A stretch of DNA of 64,000 bases from a virus. Position 1 is the first letter of the stretch. Every line of letters starts with the position of its first letter. The notes beneath the pieces were generated by a model that did not search any database, was not told the DNA's origin, and saw nothing but the letters and a program-made list of their open reading frames with translations. The stretch lies in the IMG/VR virus record IMGVR_UViG_3300045988_166882. One strand, written 5' to 3'. This document shows, one piece after another, positions 8,484 through 17,097 of the stretch. Both the position numbers and the translations under genes were made by a program.

Positions 8484-8675
8484 ATGGAATCAAACCCCCA
8501 ACACCCTGAAATCGATCATATGATCCAAGGCATGCAGCGTTTGGCGCAGAAATACGGAAAGCGAATCACAAATCGTCAACTCGATGTACGCTCGCTGACG
8601 GTATGTTCACTCAACGGTTGGCGCCTTACGTTGGAACGAGTAGAAACCACCAACGAAAACTCCTCACGCCAATGA
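8484..8675 (+). CDS. hypothetical protein (63 aa)
   Basis: ORF whose stop overlaps the next ATG (ATGA). Confidence 0.5.
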   Translation: MESNPQHPEIDHMIQGMQRLAQKYGKRITNRQLDVRSLTVCSLNGWRLTLERVETTNENSSRQ

Positions 8676-9241
8676 AACGCTTAATTCGTCGCTTTGTAGA
8701 ATGGCTCTGGAGCGAAGGCGTGGCGACGTTTTGTTCAACGATCGTCGCCACTGAACTGCGTCGCCGCTTCCCTGAAGAGTTCCGCAGCAAAACTCCTTGT
8801 CGCCCAGAGGTAATTCCCCAAGACGTTTACACCGCCGTCTTTCAACATCTACCAACTCCCGCCGATGTAATTCACGCCGATTACGGTGACTCCAACATCC
8901 ACCACGTCCGTACGTTCACCATCCAGCGACCTGGTCGTGGTGATTTTAGGATGGTGATGATAGCTGCGCGAATGCGTTTGGCGCCTGAACTACGGAGTGA
9001 CGAAATCTGTTGCGGAAGGTACGCTCACCTGTTGAACGTCGAGATTCACGGTTGGGGAAACGCACCGCGCAACACCCCCAACTACACACTGCAGTTTTCG
9101 CTGATGCAGTATCGACTTCAAGGACCCAACGTCGGCGGTACAGTTCCGTATTGGCGGTTGGAGGTTGAAAAGCCCGCTGTCCTTCACCGCCACACTGAAG
9201 CGGTGTTGGAAGGCGTGGCTCGTGGATTATCAAATTTATGA
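8672..9241 (+). CDS. hypothetical protein
   Basis: ORF 8603-9241; the in-frame ATG at 8672 forms an ATGA overlap with the upstream gene. Confidence 0.6.
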   Translation: MKRLIRRFVEWLWSEGVATFCSTIVATELRRRFPEEFRSKTPCRPEVIPQDVYTAVFQHLPTPADVIHADYGDSNIHHVRTFTIQRPGRGDFRMVMIAARMRLAPELRSDEICCGRYAHLLNVEIHGWGNAPRNTPNYTLQFSLMQYRLQGPNVGGTVPYWRLEVEKPAVLHRHTEAVLEGVARGLSNL

Positions 9242-9245
9242 GACT

Positions 9246-9398
9246 ATGGCAGAATTCTTTCGCGTTGGCCGTTATTTCGACACCCAAGACGCCGAACGCA
9301 CACGCACCGAGCAATTAGAGCGCCAAAAAGCAAGAGCAGCGCTATCTGGGGTCTACAATCCTTCGTCCCGGGATGAGACTTTACCAGTTCAACTATAA
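9246..9398 (+). CDS. hypothetical protein (50 aa)
   Basis: In-frame ATG at 9246 of ORF 9165-9398, just after the upstream stop. Confidence 0.45.
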   Translation: MAEFFRVGRYFDTQDAERTRTEQLERQKARAALSGVYNPSSRDETLPVQL

Positions 9399-9615
9399 GA
9401 CCGGAGAATGTCGGGAGATTGGTACTGAACGGCGGTTGGAATTCGACCCCGTCAGCGGCAACAAGGTTACTCGTTCTGTGAAGGTCCAATACGACCCCGA
9501 TTGCGTATATCTCCAGGCCCTCAACGAGCGAAACGCCATTCGTAAGTTAGTGAAGGCTGGATACATCAAAATGGTGAAACACGATGGTAAAGATCCACAC
9601 GTCGAAGATCGATGA
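9373..9615 (+). CDS. hypothetical protein
   Basis: 80-aa ORF. Confidence 0.55.
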   Translation: MRLYQFNYKTGECREIGTERRLEFDPVSGNKVTRSVKVQYDPDCVYLQALNERNAIRKLVKAGYIKMVKHDGKDPHVEDR

Positions 9616-10063
9616 AGCCCAAGAGCCAGCGAAGGCTCACAAAATACAACGCGGTTCCAACGGGCTACCGCTGTTTGGCGGTAAGCACGTTGAGGTGAAA
9701 GCCAAGCCCTACTCCGCTGAACGCAACGCCGACGATGGTGTTGATTACGATATGTCGCTGGCTGACTTTCTGGGTCAAGCGGAAGAACTCACCAAGAAAA
9801 AGCGTTTGAACGCCGTTTTTATCGAGTTAGGCGGTACGTTGGTCCCGTGGTACGCCATACGGTCGTTGAGCCGCACAGAGCGCTACGACGACGAACGCCA
9901 ACGATACCAGTACGGTATCATCGCCAACATCGACACCTTGGCGGCCGACGGCGACAATTTCGACGAGTGGTGGCTGGCGGAAGAAGCCCGCGACGAAGCG
10001 TGGAACGCCCTACGTGACCAGTTAACAGAACTCGGTATCACAATCGTACAAGCAAAGGTCTAA
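9584..10063 (+). CDS. hypothetical protein
   Basis: 159-aa ORF. Confidence 0.6.
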   Translation: MVKIHTSKIDEAQEPAKAHKIQRGSNGLPLFGGKHVEVKAKPYSAERNADDGVDYDMSLADFLGQAEELTKKKRLNAVFIELGGTLVPWYAIRSLSRTERYDDERQRYQYGIIANIDTLAADGDNFDEWWLAEEARDEAWNALRDQLTELGITIVQAKV

Positions 10064-10102
10064 ACAACCCTCATAATTATCAACAATCAAAATTATCGTA
10101 CA

Positions 10103-10399
10103 ATGAAAGTGCAAGATTTTTACGGTGCGCTGGCCAAGAAGGCTGGTACCACCAAGGCTCAGGCGATTGAGTTCGTCCGCGCCCTCGAAGAGGTCCTCAC
10201 CGAAGAGGTCCGTGACAAGGGTGAAACTATTCCGCTGGGTAAGGTCGGCAAGTTTGTCCTGAAGGACGTTCCGGCTCGTACCATGCGTAACCCCTTCACC
10301 GGGCAGGACATCGAGACTCGTGCCTACCGGACCATCCAGTTCAAAACGGCGTATGCCATGAGGGCCGACGCTGAAACCGCCAAAAAAGGCAAAAAGTAA
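10103..10399 (+). CDS. HU/IHF-family DNA-binding protein
   Basis: 98 aa. GKFVLKDVPARTMRNPFTGQDIETRAYRTIQFK matches the HU beta-arm signature (R-x-x-R-N-P-x-T-G). Confidence 0.85.
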   Translation: MKVQDFYGALAKKAGTTKAQAIEFVRALEEVLTEEVRDKGETIPLGKVGKFVLKDVPARTMRNPFTGQDIETRAYRTIQFKTAYAMRADAETAKKGKK

Positions 10400-10445
10400 C
10401 CTGTAAAATAATTCATTTACTGGTATATTAGTTAGCTTTCGCAGT

Positions 10446-10478
10446 CCGTCAGGGAAGTGGTTTGCCCTGACGGATTTT
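10446..10478 (+). terminator. rho-independent terminator
   Basis: CCGTCAGGG/CCCTGACGG 9-bp stem followed by ATTTTTC. Confidence 0.7.
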
Positions 10479-10493
10479 TCGTTACTTTCGCGT

Positions 10494-11130
10494 CAACGTT
10501 ATACTACCTGAAACGAGGGAATGCTGACTTTCCATGCCAGTTAGTTTCGAGTTGCTATAAGCGAGTTTCTTTTCCAAAACAGGATCGGCCAACGCCGTGA
10601 AGGTTTGGTTGATCCAACTCTTAGCGTTCCCTCTACTTTAGCCAGAAGAGCGCTGGGGAGTCAAAGAGTGGCCACAATTTACTCCATACAGTATCTCGTT
10701 CCGACCTCCGGGTCGGCTGGCACCAATACGGCTGGCCCGAAGCCGATCTCGATGAAACCAGCGGTGCGCACGCTGAGGGGCTACGAAGGATAGTAGCTGG
10801 GGTGAAATTCCCCGGTGAAGCCGGACGAAGTCGACGCCGATAGACAATAAAGAGCCTACGCTCACTCGGCTAATCGTTCTACAGACCACGACCTTCGCGG
10901 TCCGGCGAGGCCCTCCGTGGGTTGTGCGAGTAGAACGAGGGTATATCTCCACGGCTGGGGGGATCGGAGTTAGGCCTCCGTAAGGTGTAAGCCCTGACGC
11001 CAGCCAACGGGCCGCAAGGTCAAACAAATTGTCTCCAAGGCAGCAACGCAGACTTCCTCCATAGCGAGCGCCGGAGCGGAGGAGACAGACTCTAACTGGG
11101 GGAAGAGTATAAGCGATTCGTCGCGCCCCC
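10494..11130 (+). ncRNA. candidate large structured RNA, class unknown
   Basis: About 640 nt with no credible ORF and many local helices. CCGACC-UCCG-GGUCGG at 10701-10716; GCGA-UUCG-UCGC at 11113-11124 nested in GGGGG/CCCCC at 11097-11130; an 11-bp helix at 10582-10615; TTCCTCC/GGAGGAG at 11054/11078. Ends 5 nt before the tRNA. Confidence 0.4.
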
Positions 11131-11135
11131 TACGC

Positions 11136-11206
11136 TGATTCGTGGTGTAACGGTAACACACCAGATTTTGGTTCTGGCGTTGGAGGTTCGAATCCTTCCG
11201 GGTCAA
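11136..11206 (+). tRNA. tRNA-Gln (anticodon UUG)
   Basis: Hand-folded cloverleaf. Acceptor TGATTCG/CGGGTCA, D stem GTGT/ACAC, anticodon stem CCAGA/TCTGG with loop TTTTGGT, T arm GGAGG-TTCGAAT-CCTTC. No encoded CCA. Confidence 0.8.
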
Positions 11207-11487
11207 CTCTAAGGGCTTTTCGCGAAGAGCCTACCGAAGATCGCTAACGCCGCTGGCTGCGCTTCGGGTCGTGATAACCGGAATCACGATGACGCCGCGG
11301 CAACCATAACCCCGAAGGTCAGGGGTTCAAAGAAATTTCGTTCGTCATCGTTGTGGCAGTTCGCCCGCCCGGCCGGCATGGGGAAGATCAATAGGAACGG
11401 CAACCGACGAGCGCGGGGCGCGAAATATCGCCCCGACCCTAAAAGTCTTAACAGACTTCCATCAATCAAAGGTTTAATTCACCCCGG
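11207..11487 (+). ncRNA. structured 3' extension downstream of the tRNA
   Basis: No ORF. 9-bp long-range helix ACGATGACG/CGTCATCGT at 11286-11294/11343-11351. Hairpins GGGGCG/CGCCCC at 11415-11434, ACCCC/GGGGT, and TCGTGAT/ATCACGA. Confidence 0.3.
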
Positions 11488-11527
11488 ACCGCCCCACAGT
11501 AGCGATACAGCGAGGCGGTTTTCTTTT
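11488..11527 (+). terminator. possible rho-independent terminator
   Basis: ACCGCC/GGCGGT stem followed by TTTTCTTTT; the loop is rather long. Confidence 0.4.
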
Positions 11528-11557
11528 ACAACTATAAGGATGGAAAAGACTAATTAA

Positions 11558-12436
11558 ATGAAGATAGGAATAATATACAAATTAACCATTTTAGCGAAGT
11601 ACAAGTTCTACGGACAACGCCCCTTTTATGTCGGTCAACACTGGGGAATGGAAGACTTTAACTCGTATTTTGGCGGAGGTACAATTTGGAACGATTTTCT
11701 GAATGTCGTCAAAAAGGATTATCCGCTTCACTGGAAAAAGTTTGTTCGGCGTGAAATTTTATATCAAGGCGCGTGTGATCAACGTGCTTTGGACTTTCTC
11801 GAACAGTATTACATAAAGCGCGAAATGGCGCATTATACCGAAGAGAAAGGCGGTTGCAACGTTTTACGTGGTACGGCGAATGCGTTTGGCGCTGGGAGTC
11901 CGATGAAGGACGAAAATTGCAAAAGAAAGCAGGCTGAATCGTTGAAAAAGTATTATGATGAATACGGACATCCGTGTTTAGGTAAAAGGGCAACTCCCGA
12001 ACTGCGTAAACGGTTGAGTGAAGCGCATCGAGGCAAGAAACTATCGCCAGAAACGGTTGAAAAGATACGTAAAGCCAACGCTGGAAAGAAACGAACGCCT
12101 GAATTTTGTGAGTTGATGCGTGAAATGTGGCGTAAACGGAAAGAAGCGGGTTACGTGCCAAAGAATAGAGGGCGAAAAGTCCCCAGGGAAATAGTTGAAA
12201 AACGAGCCGCAGGGGTACGTAAATATTATGCCGAACACGCTTCATCGTTTTTAGGTAAACACCACACCGAGGCTACAAGGTTAAAAATTAGTGAAGCGAA
12301 TAAAGGCAAGAAATTACCGCCTTTTTCAGCTGAAACGAAATTAAAGATGAGCCAATCAGCCAAAAAGGCGTGGGCAATTAGAAAACAACAAAATAATTAC
12401 AATGCGTCGTTCGAATTATCTTGTAATGGACACTGA
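11558..12436 (+). CDS. free-standing GIY-YIG homing endonuclease with NUMOD3 repeats
   Basis: N-terminal GIIYKLT...FYVGQH (GIY-YIG). Repeated G-K-x-x-[ST]-x-E-x-[RK]-x-K-[IML]-S blocks typical of NUMOD3. AT-rich relative to neighbours. The 3' end overlaps the next gene. Confidence 0.8.
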   Translation: MKIGIIYKLTILAKYKFYGQRPFYVGQHWGMEDFNSYFGGGTIWNDFLNVVKKDYPLHWKKFVRREILYQGACDQRALDFLEQYYIKREMAHYTEEKGGCNVLRGTANAFGAGSPMKDENCKRKQAESLKKYYDEYGHPCLGKRATPELRKRLSEAHRGKKLSPETVEKIRKANAGKKRTPEFCELMREMWRKRKEAGYVPKNRGRKVPREIVEKRAAGVRKYYAEHASSFLGKHHTEATRLKISEANKGKKLPPFSAETKLKMSQSAKKAWAIRKQQNNYNASFELSCNGH

Positions 12437-13070
12437 AACCGGGGGCCTGGACCCCGCACAGAACCCCATAACGTCGTTTGCAGCCGTTGTGCTGGACTTT
12501 AACACCCTTAAAGAGGTAGACCGCTGGGAAACCTACGTAAAGCCGTACAACGATCTCCAAATAACGAAAGAATCCATCCAAAAGACGATGGTCAATATGG
12601 CCGAGGTGAACCGCGGTATGGACCTCAACGCCTTCATCGAAGCGTTCGGGCGGTTCTGTACCCAGAATTTCCCCGACGTGAAGGGTAAGGACCAACGGCG
12701 GTTGATAGGCGTTGGCCACAACGTGATGTTCGACGTGGGGATGCTGGAGGCAGCGTTCTACTACTCGGCCTACTCCAAAAAGCAGACTCTGTTCACCTAC
12801 ATCCAAGACCAGACGCTGGACACGATGTACCTCTCCAAAATGATGTACGGCCTCGCGGGCGACGAGAAGATGACGTTAGGCGCCACGTGTGAACGCGCCG
12901 GCATCCGCCTCACCGACGCTCACGGCGCGATGAACGACGTTGAAGCCACGGCCGAGTACTTCCGCTACTGTATCCAGCGTCTTCGTGCTACGGGCGACGT
13001 CTCGTCTTCTGCCGAGAAGAAGACTCGCCGCCGCGGGAACGAATTCTTCGAGTTCAAGTGCGCCAAGTAA
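12402..13070 (+). CDS. DnaQ-like 3'-5' exonuclease (DEDDh)
   Basis: Exo I VMDTETGG, Exo II GHNVMFDVGML, Exo III HGAMNDVEATA. Confidence 0.8.
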   Translation: MRRSNYLVMDTETGGLDPAQNPITSFAAVVLDFNTLKEVDRWETYVKPYNDLQITKESIQKTMVNMAEVNRGMDLNAFIEAFGRFCTQNFPDVKGKDQRRLIGVGHNVMFDVGMLEAAFYYSAYSKKQTLFTYIQDQTLDTMYLSKMMYGLAGDEKMTLGATCERAGIRLTDAHGAMNDVEATAEYFRYCIQRLRATGDVSSSAEKKTRRRGNEFFEFKCAK

Positions 13071-13119
13071 CGACCGCCAACGTTATACACCGTGTCTAAC
13101 AACAAAACCGTATAACAAA

Positions 13120-13821
13120 ATGGACAAGCAATCATTCATCACTGGCGTTAAGGCGTCGATCGCCGAAATCTTGGAGCGTTCCACGAATAAGTGGGTAAGC
13201 GTGCTGGAACCCGGAGCGTCGTTTGGCGCTATACTGGCCAAAAACGGTATCAGCCCCAAAATCACGCCGCCGCTTTTCGACGTTCTTACCGCCAACGGGC
13301 TGGTAGAGCGTTTGGGTGATAAGTCGGCGATTCGCTACCGCTATCAACCCCAAAACTCCACGACGCCCGATCTGGATAAGTTGGCCGAAAAGGTATTCGA
13401 CGCCAACCAAGCCTACAACCGCCAAAAGAGCGTTTCCGGAAAGCAAAAACGTGTAACCCCCCCGCGGGAAGTCAACCAGAACGGACGGGCAGCGCGTTTT
13501 AAGGGCGATCTTCTGCCTCAGATTGGTGATTCGCGTTACGTACTTATGGACTGTGACACGGACGAAGGTATCAAAATCTCGATCGTCGAAGTGAAGATCG
13601 TCGCCGCCCGGCGTGAGATGGCCACGGGCCACTACTGGTTTGAGGCCGTGTATCGCTCCAAGGAAGATGGTGAAACGGGCTGCCTCGACGGTTTGAGTAT
13701 TTCTGACCTGTACGTTTCAGCCGAAGCGGTGGCGCAGCGCCTGATCGCTCGCCAGATCAAATTCCGCGGTCCGCTGTTTCCAACTATAAAACCGGAAACC
13801 GTAAAACAAAATGGCAGATAA
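13120..13821 (+). CDS. hypothetical protein
   Basis: ORF 12940-13821. The part before the ATG at 13120 overlaps the exonuclease gene and is low-complexity, so 13120 is preferred. Confidence 0.65.
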   Translation: MDKQSFITGVKASIAEILERSTNKWVSVLEPGASFGAILAKNGISPKITPPLFDVLTANGLVERLGDKSAIRYRYQPQNSTTPDLDKLAEKVFDANQAYNRQKSVSGKQKRVTPPREVNQNGRAARFKGDLLPQIGDSRYVLMDCDTDEGIKISIVEVKIVAARREMATGHYWFEAVYRSKEDGETGCLDGLSISDLYVSAEAVAQRLIARQIKFRGPLFPTIKPETVKQNGR

Positions 13822-14287
13822 CACACGCGTCGCTCAAACGCCCGAGGAGGTAGCAGCGACAAAACAGTACACCGAGCAGGACGAAAACCGTAAACTGGCC
13901 TTTTCCAAGGCTCTCGAACTGCTTCGTATTTTGGGCCTCGATGATTTGGAACGGGAGATGATAGCCCAGCGAACCTTCACTCGTACTGAGGTAGTCAAGA
14001 AAACTACGCTTTCCCACCGCAAGGCTCTCGACGTGTTGGAAACGCTTCAGACGTTCGGCTACGTCGCGCTGCTCGATACCAACAAGACAAAATTCCGCTT
14101 CACCTTTAACGCCGATGACCGCGCAGCGGTTTATAAGGCCAAGATCATACAGTTAACCACGATTCTGGGAACGGCCATTGAGGGGTACAACGCCCTGCTC
14201 CTGAAGGACTACCCCAAGGACGTTTACGAACGTGAGACGCTGGAGATGGAACGCTACCTGACTAAAGCGTTGGAGTTGAAGAGATGA
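13811..14287 (+). CDS. hypothetical protein, possible small terminase subunit by position only
   Basis: 158-aa ORF directly upstream of terL; no diagnostic motif. Confidence 0.6.
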   Translation: MADNTRVAQTPEEVAATKQYTEQDENRKLAFSKALELLRILGLDDLEREMIAQRTFTRTEVVKKTTLSHRKALDVLETLQTFGYVALLDTNKTKFRFTFNADDRAAVYKAKIIQLTTILGTAIEGYNALLLKDYPKDVYERETLEMERYLTKALELKR

Positions 14288-14308
14288 GTTTTGTTGTGTG
14301 ACCCGGTG

Positions 14309-14338
14309 ACACCCAGAGGGATTTGCCCCTTTGGGTGT
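14309..14338 (+). terminator. strong hairpin between the putative terS and terL (terminator or packaging-related structure)
   Basis: ACACCCAGAGGG/CCCTTTGGGTGT 12-bp stem (one G-U pair). No clear U tract. Confidence 0.3.
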
Positions 14339-14360
14339 TGCTATTAAAATACTTTGACGT

Positions 14361-17078
14361 ATGATGCCTCAAATTGCGATCCCGTCGTTGACGCACCGTT
14401 TGGCTTGTTTAGACCTCGTTGACGAGATAATCGAGGGTATGGACGAACGCGGCCTTAACGAGATGATGAGTGGCGATACACACGACGTTGACACGATATT
14501 TGATGCTTTGATGATGGACACGTACCGGATTATGTATACTGGCGACGTGTCGATTGATTTTAAGCCCCGCTATGAAGAGAACGTCTCGGCCGTGGTTGAA
14601 GACACCCTGCGGTGTGCCAATTTGACGTATTTCATCACCTCCGTCATCCCGGACTTCCAGCTGTCGTGGCACCACTTGGAGTGGGGTGAGTTAGTCCACA
14701 ACCACAAGAAATTGTGTATCAACGCAGCACGTGACCACGGGAAGTGTGAAGCCGTCGGAACCCCTGTCCGGATGTACGACGGAACTATCAAAAAGGTCGA
14801 AGACGTTGTGGTTGGCGACTTGTTGATGGGCGTCGACTCTAAGCCCCGCCGCGTGGTTGCTACGCGCCGTGGCCACGATTCGATGATGTACCGTATCGAC
14901 CAGTCGCGCGGTGATAGCTACACCGTCAACTCACGCCACATTTGTACGCTGATCGAGAAGGACCGCAACGGTTCCATCGCTACAGCGTCGAAGCGGATAG
15001 TGGATATTGATATTCCGACGCTTTTAAGCAAGACCCCGAACTGGGTGAAGGAACGTTACCGCGGTTTCAAGGTGGCAGTGCAGTACCCCACGCGGCCCGT
15101 GGGGTTGGAACCATATTTTCTTGGGTACTGGTTAGGCGACGGCAACTCCAACAACCAGAAGATCACCACCGCCGACCCTGAAGTGTGTGAGTACTTACAC
15201 TCTTACGCCGAGCGCTTGGGGCTTCACTATGGCCAAAATGGTATGGTAGTGACACTTGGAATTGACGTTCGTGGCCGCGGTAAGCGTAACCCGCTGGAAA
15301 GGATGCTCAAGGGTTACAACCTGCTCTACAATAAGCACATTCCGGAGCAGTACCTCGTCAACAGCGAAGAAGTTCGTCTTCAGGTGTTGGCTGGGTTGAT
15401 CGATTCCGACGGTAACTATTGGCAGGGCGGCTATCACTTCGGTAATACGAACTACCAGTTGGTGTGTGACGTGAAGAACTTGGCCGACAGCCTTGGCTTC
15501 TGTACCCGAATGGGTGGTGGAACGCGGTATTGTAAAGCGTTAGGCCGCGACTATTCGTCGTGGTGCGTGACTATTTCTGGTGAACTGGACCGCATCCCAG
15601 TAAAGATCGCTCGTAAAAAGGTCCAAACCGACTGGGCCGCCAAGACGTCACACAAGGACTGGGGCACTATCGACGGCGTACACCCTACGGTGGTATCGTC
15701 GTTGAAGATCACGCCCGCGGGTGAAGGTGACTACATATCTATCACCACCGACGGCGACCACCGCTTCGTGCTGGGTGACGGTACGGTTACGCACAACTCG
15801 TTCTATTTCTCCAACGCCTACGCCGCGTGGCAATTATACCGCTATAAGAAGCCGTCAACGACCCGTTACTCGAAGCGTCCCACGGTAGCGTCGTCGAATC
15901 GCGGCTTCTTGTTTTCGTTCTCACTCCAGCAGAGCGTTGACCTCTTGGAGATTCTGAAAGGAACCATCGAGGAAAACGAGATTTTGAAGGAACGCCTGCT
16001 ACCCCAGTCCACGGCCAACAACTGGTCGGCTACCAATATCGTGTGCCGTAACGGCGCGCGTTTGACGGGTAAGGGTTTTGGGTCTTCGGTGCGTGGTGCT
16101 CACCCCTACTGGATTATCGTCGATGACGGCCTGAAGGACAACGTCATCTATTCCAGCCTCCAGCGAAATAAGTCTACCGACTATTTCCATTCCGTAATTA
16201 TGAATATGCTCGTACCCGGCGGCCAGATCGTTGTCGTCGGTACGCCGTTCCACGCCGAGGACCTTTACGGCGACCTCAAGACCAAGAACGGTTGGTTCGT
16301 GATCGAGTACCCAGCCATCTTCCCCGACGGGCGAATCCTTTGGCCGCAGCGTTGGTCGTTTAAGGACCTGATGGACAAAAAGGAGACCCAAGGCTCGATC
16401 ATCTTCTCGCGTGAGAACCTTTGCCGCCCGATCACCAACGAATCGTCGATCTTCCCGATGGAAATCCTCACTCGGTCGTTGCTGCGTATGGAGAACTACA
16501 CGTTGGTGGATTCACGCGAAGAGTTCCCCGTTAAGTTCTCCAAGGTAGTCGTGGGCTGTGACTTCGCTATGTCGGCCAACGTCGGTGCTGACTACGCCGT
16601 ATTCAGCGTGTGGGGTATTGACGAACTGACCGACGAGCGTTGGCTGCTTCACCTGTGGCGTGAAAAGGGTGCCAAGTTCTTCGAACAGATGAACGTCCTG
16701 CGCCGTATCAACTCGCGTTTCCGGCCCGACCTGATCGTGATGGAGAACAACACCTTCCAGCAGATATTCGTCGAAACGGCCGACACTGAGGGTATGCCCG
16801 TGATTGGCCACACTACGGGAATTGATAAGTACGACCTGAAGACGGGGTGGCCTCACCTGTCGACGCTATTCGAGCGGGGCAAAATCCACATCCCGGTGGG
16901 TAACGTCTACTCTCAGCAGGTGAAAGACCTCATCTTCCAAGACCTCGGTTCAGTGGCCTTCACCGAAAAAGGCTTGGAAAGCGTGGGCAGCCACGACGAT
17001 ATTTCGTCGTCGTTCTGGTTGGCTGACTTGGCCGCTTCGCGTATGACTACGGGCTTTAAGTTTGATATGTTAGGTTAG
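14361..17078 (+). CDS. terL: terminase large subunit, interrupted by an intein
   Basis: Removing residues 129-479 joins AARDHGK|S into a Walker A motif. The downstream nuclease-type region includes VVGCDFAMS. Lies upstream of the portal and head genes. Confidence 0.85.
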   Translation: MMPQIAIPSLTHRLACLDLVDEIIEGMDERGLNEMMSGDTHDVDTIFDALMMDTYRIMYTGDVSIDFKPRYEENVSAVVEDTLRCANLTYFITSVIPDFQLSWHHLEWGELVHNHKKLCINAARDHGKCEAVGTPVRMYDGTIKKVEDVVVGDLLMGVDSKPRRVVATRRGHDSMMYRIDQSRGDSYTVNSRHICTLIEKDRNGSIATASKRIVDIDIPTLLSKTPNWVKERYRGFKVAVQYPTRPVGLEPYFLGYWLGDGNSNNQKITTADPEVCEYLHSYAERLGLHYGQNGMVVTLGIDVRGRGKRNPLERMLKGYNLLYNKHIPEQYLVNSEEVRLQVLAGLIDSDGNYWQGGYHFGNTNYQLVCDVKNLADSLGFCTRMGGGTRYCKALGRDYSSWCVTISGELDRIPVKIARKKVQTDWAAKTSHKDWGTIDGVHPTVVSSLKITPAGEGDYISITTDGDHRFVLGDGTVTHNSFYFSNAYAAWQLYRYKKPSTTRYSKRPTVASSNRGFLFSFSLQQSVDLLEILKGTIEENEILKERLLPQSTANNWSATNIVCRNGARLTGKGFGSSVRGAHPYWIIVDDGLKDNVIYSSLQRNKSTDYFHSVIMNMLVPGGQIVVVGTPFHAEDLYGDLKTKNGWFVIEYPAIFPDGRILWPQRWSFKDLMDKKETQGSIIFSRENLCRPITNESSIFPMEILTRSLLRMENYTLVDSREEFPVKFSKVVVGCDFAMSANVGADYAVFSVWGIDELTDERWLLHLWREKGAKFFEQMNVLRRINSRFRPDLIVMENNTFQQIFVETADTEGMPVIGHTTGIDKYDLKTGWPHLSTLFERGKIHIPVGNVYSQQVKDLIFQDLGSVAFTEKGLESVGSHDDISSSFWLADLAASRMTTGFKFDMLG
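14745..15797 (+). mobile_element. intein (351 aa) with double LAGLIDADG homing endonuclease
   Basis: Starts with Cys (CEAVGTPVRMYDG) and ends THN followed by Ser+1. LAGLIDADG motifs GYWLGDGNS and LAGLIDSDGNY. Confidence 0.85.
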
Positions 17079-17097
17079 CGCCATCGTTTTAGGTGAT

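Noticed and set aside
10494-11130. Possible identity of the non-coding block as tmRNA, RNase P RNA, a cobalamin riboswitch or a group I intron hosting the GIY-YIG gene.
   Set aside because: There is no tRNA-like 5'/3' pairing with a tag ORF and no RNase P CR-I/CR-V strings. GGTGAAATTCC at ~10801 resembles part of the B12 aptamer, but no B12 box follows. No split host gene flanks the region, so it is not an intron. The class is left open.
11136-11206. Suppressor tRNA or alternative genetic code (TAG or TGA recoding), as seen in some Bacteroidota phages.
   Set aside because: The anticodon is UUG (a sense Gln codon). Long genes such as terL, portal, capsid, sheath and tape measure are uninterrupted under the standard code.
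12940-13119. N-terminal 60-codon extension of ORF 12940-13821.
   Set aside because: It overlaps the 3' end of the exonuclease gene in another frame and encodes Ser/Arg/Pro low-complexity sequence. The ATG at 13120 follows the intergenic CAACGTTATACAC box.
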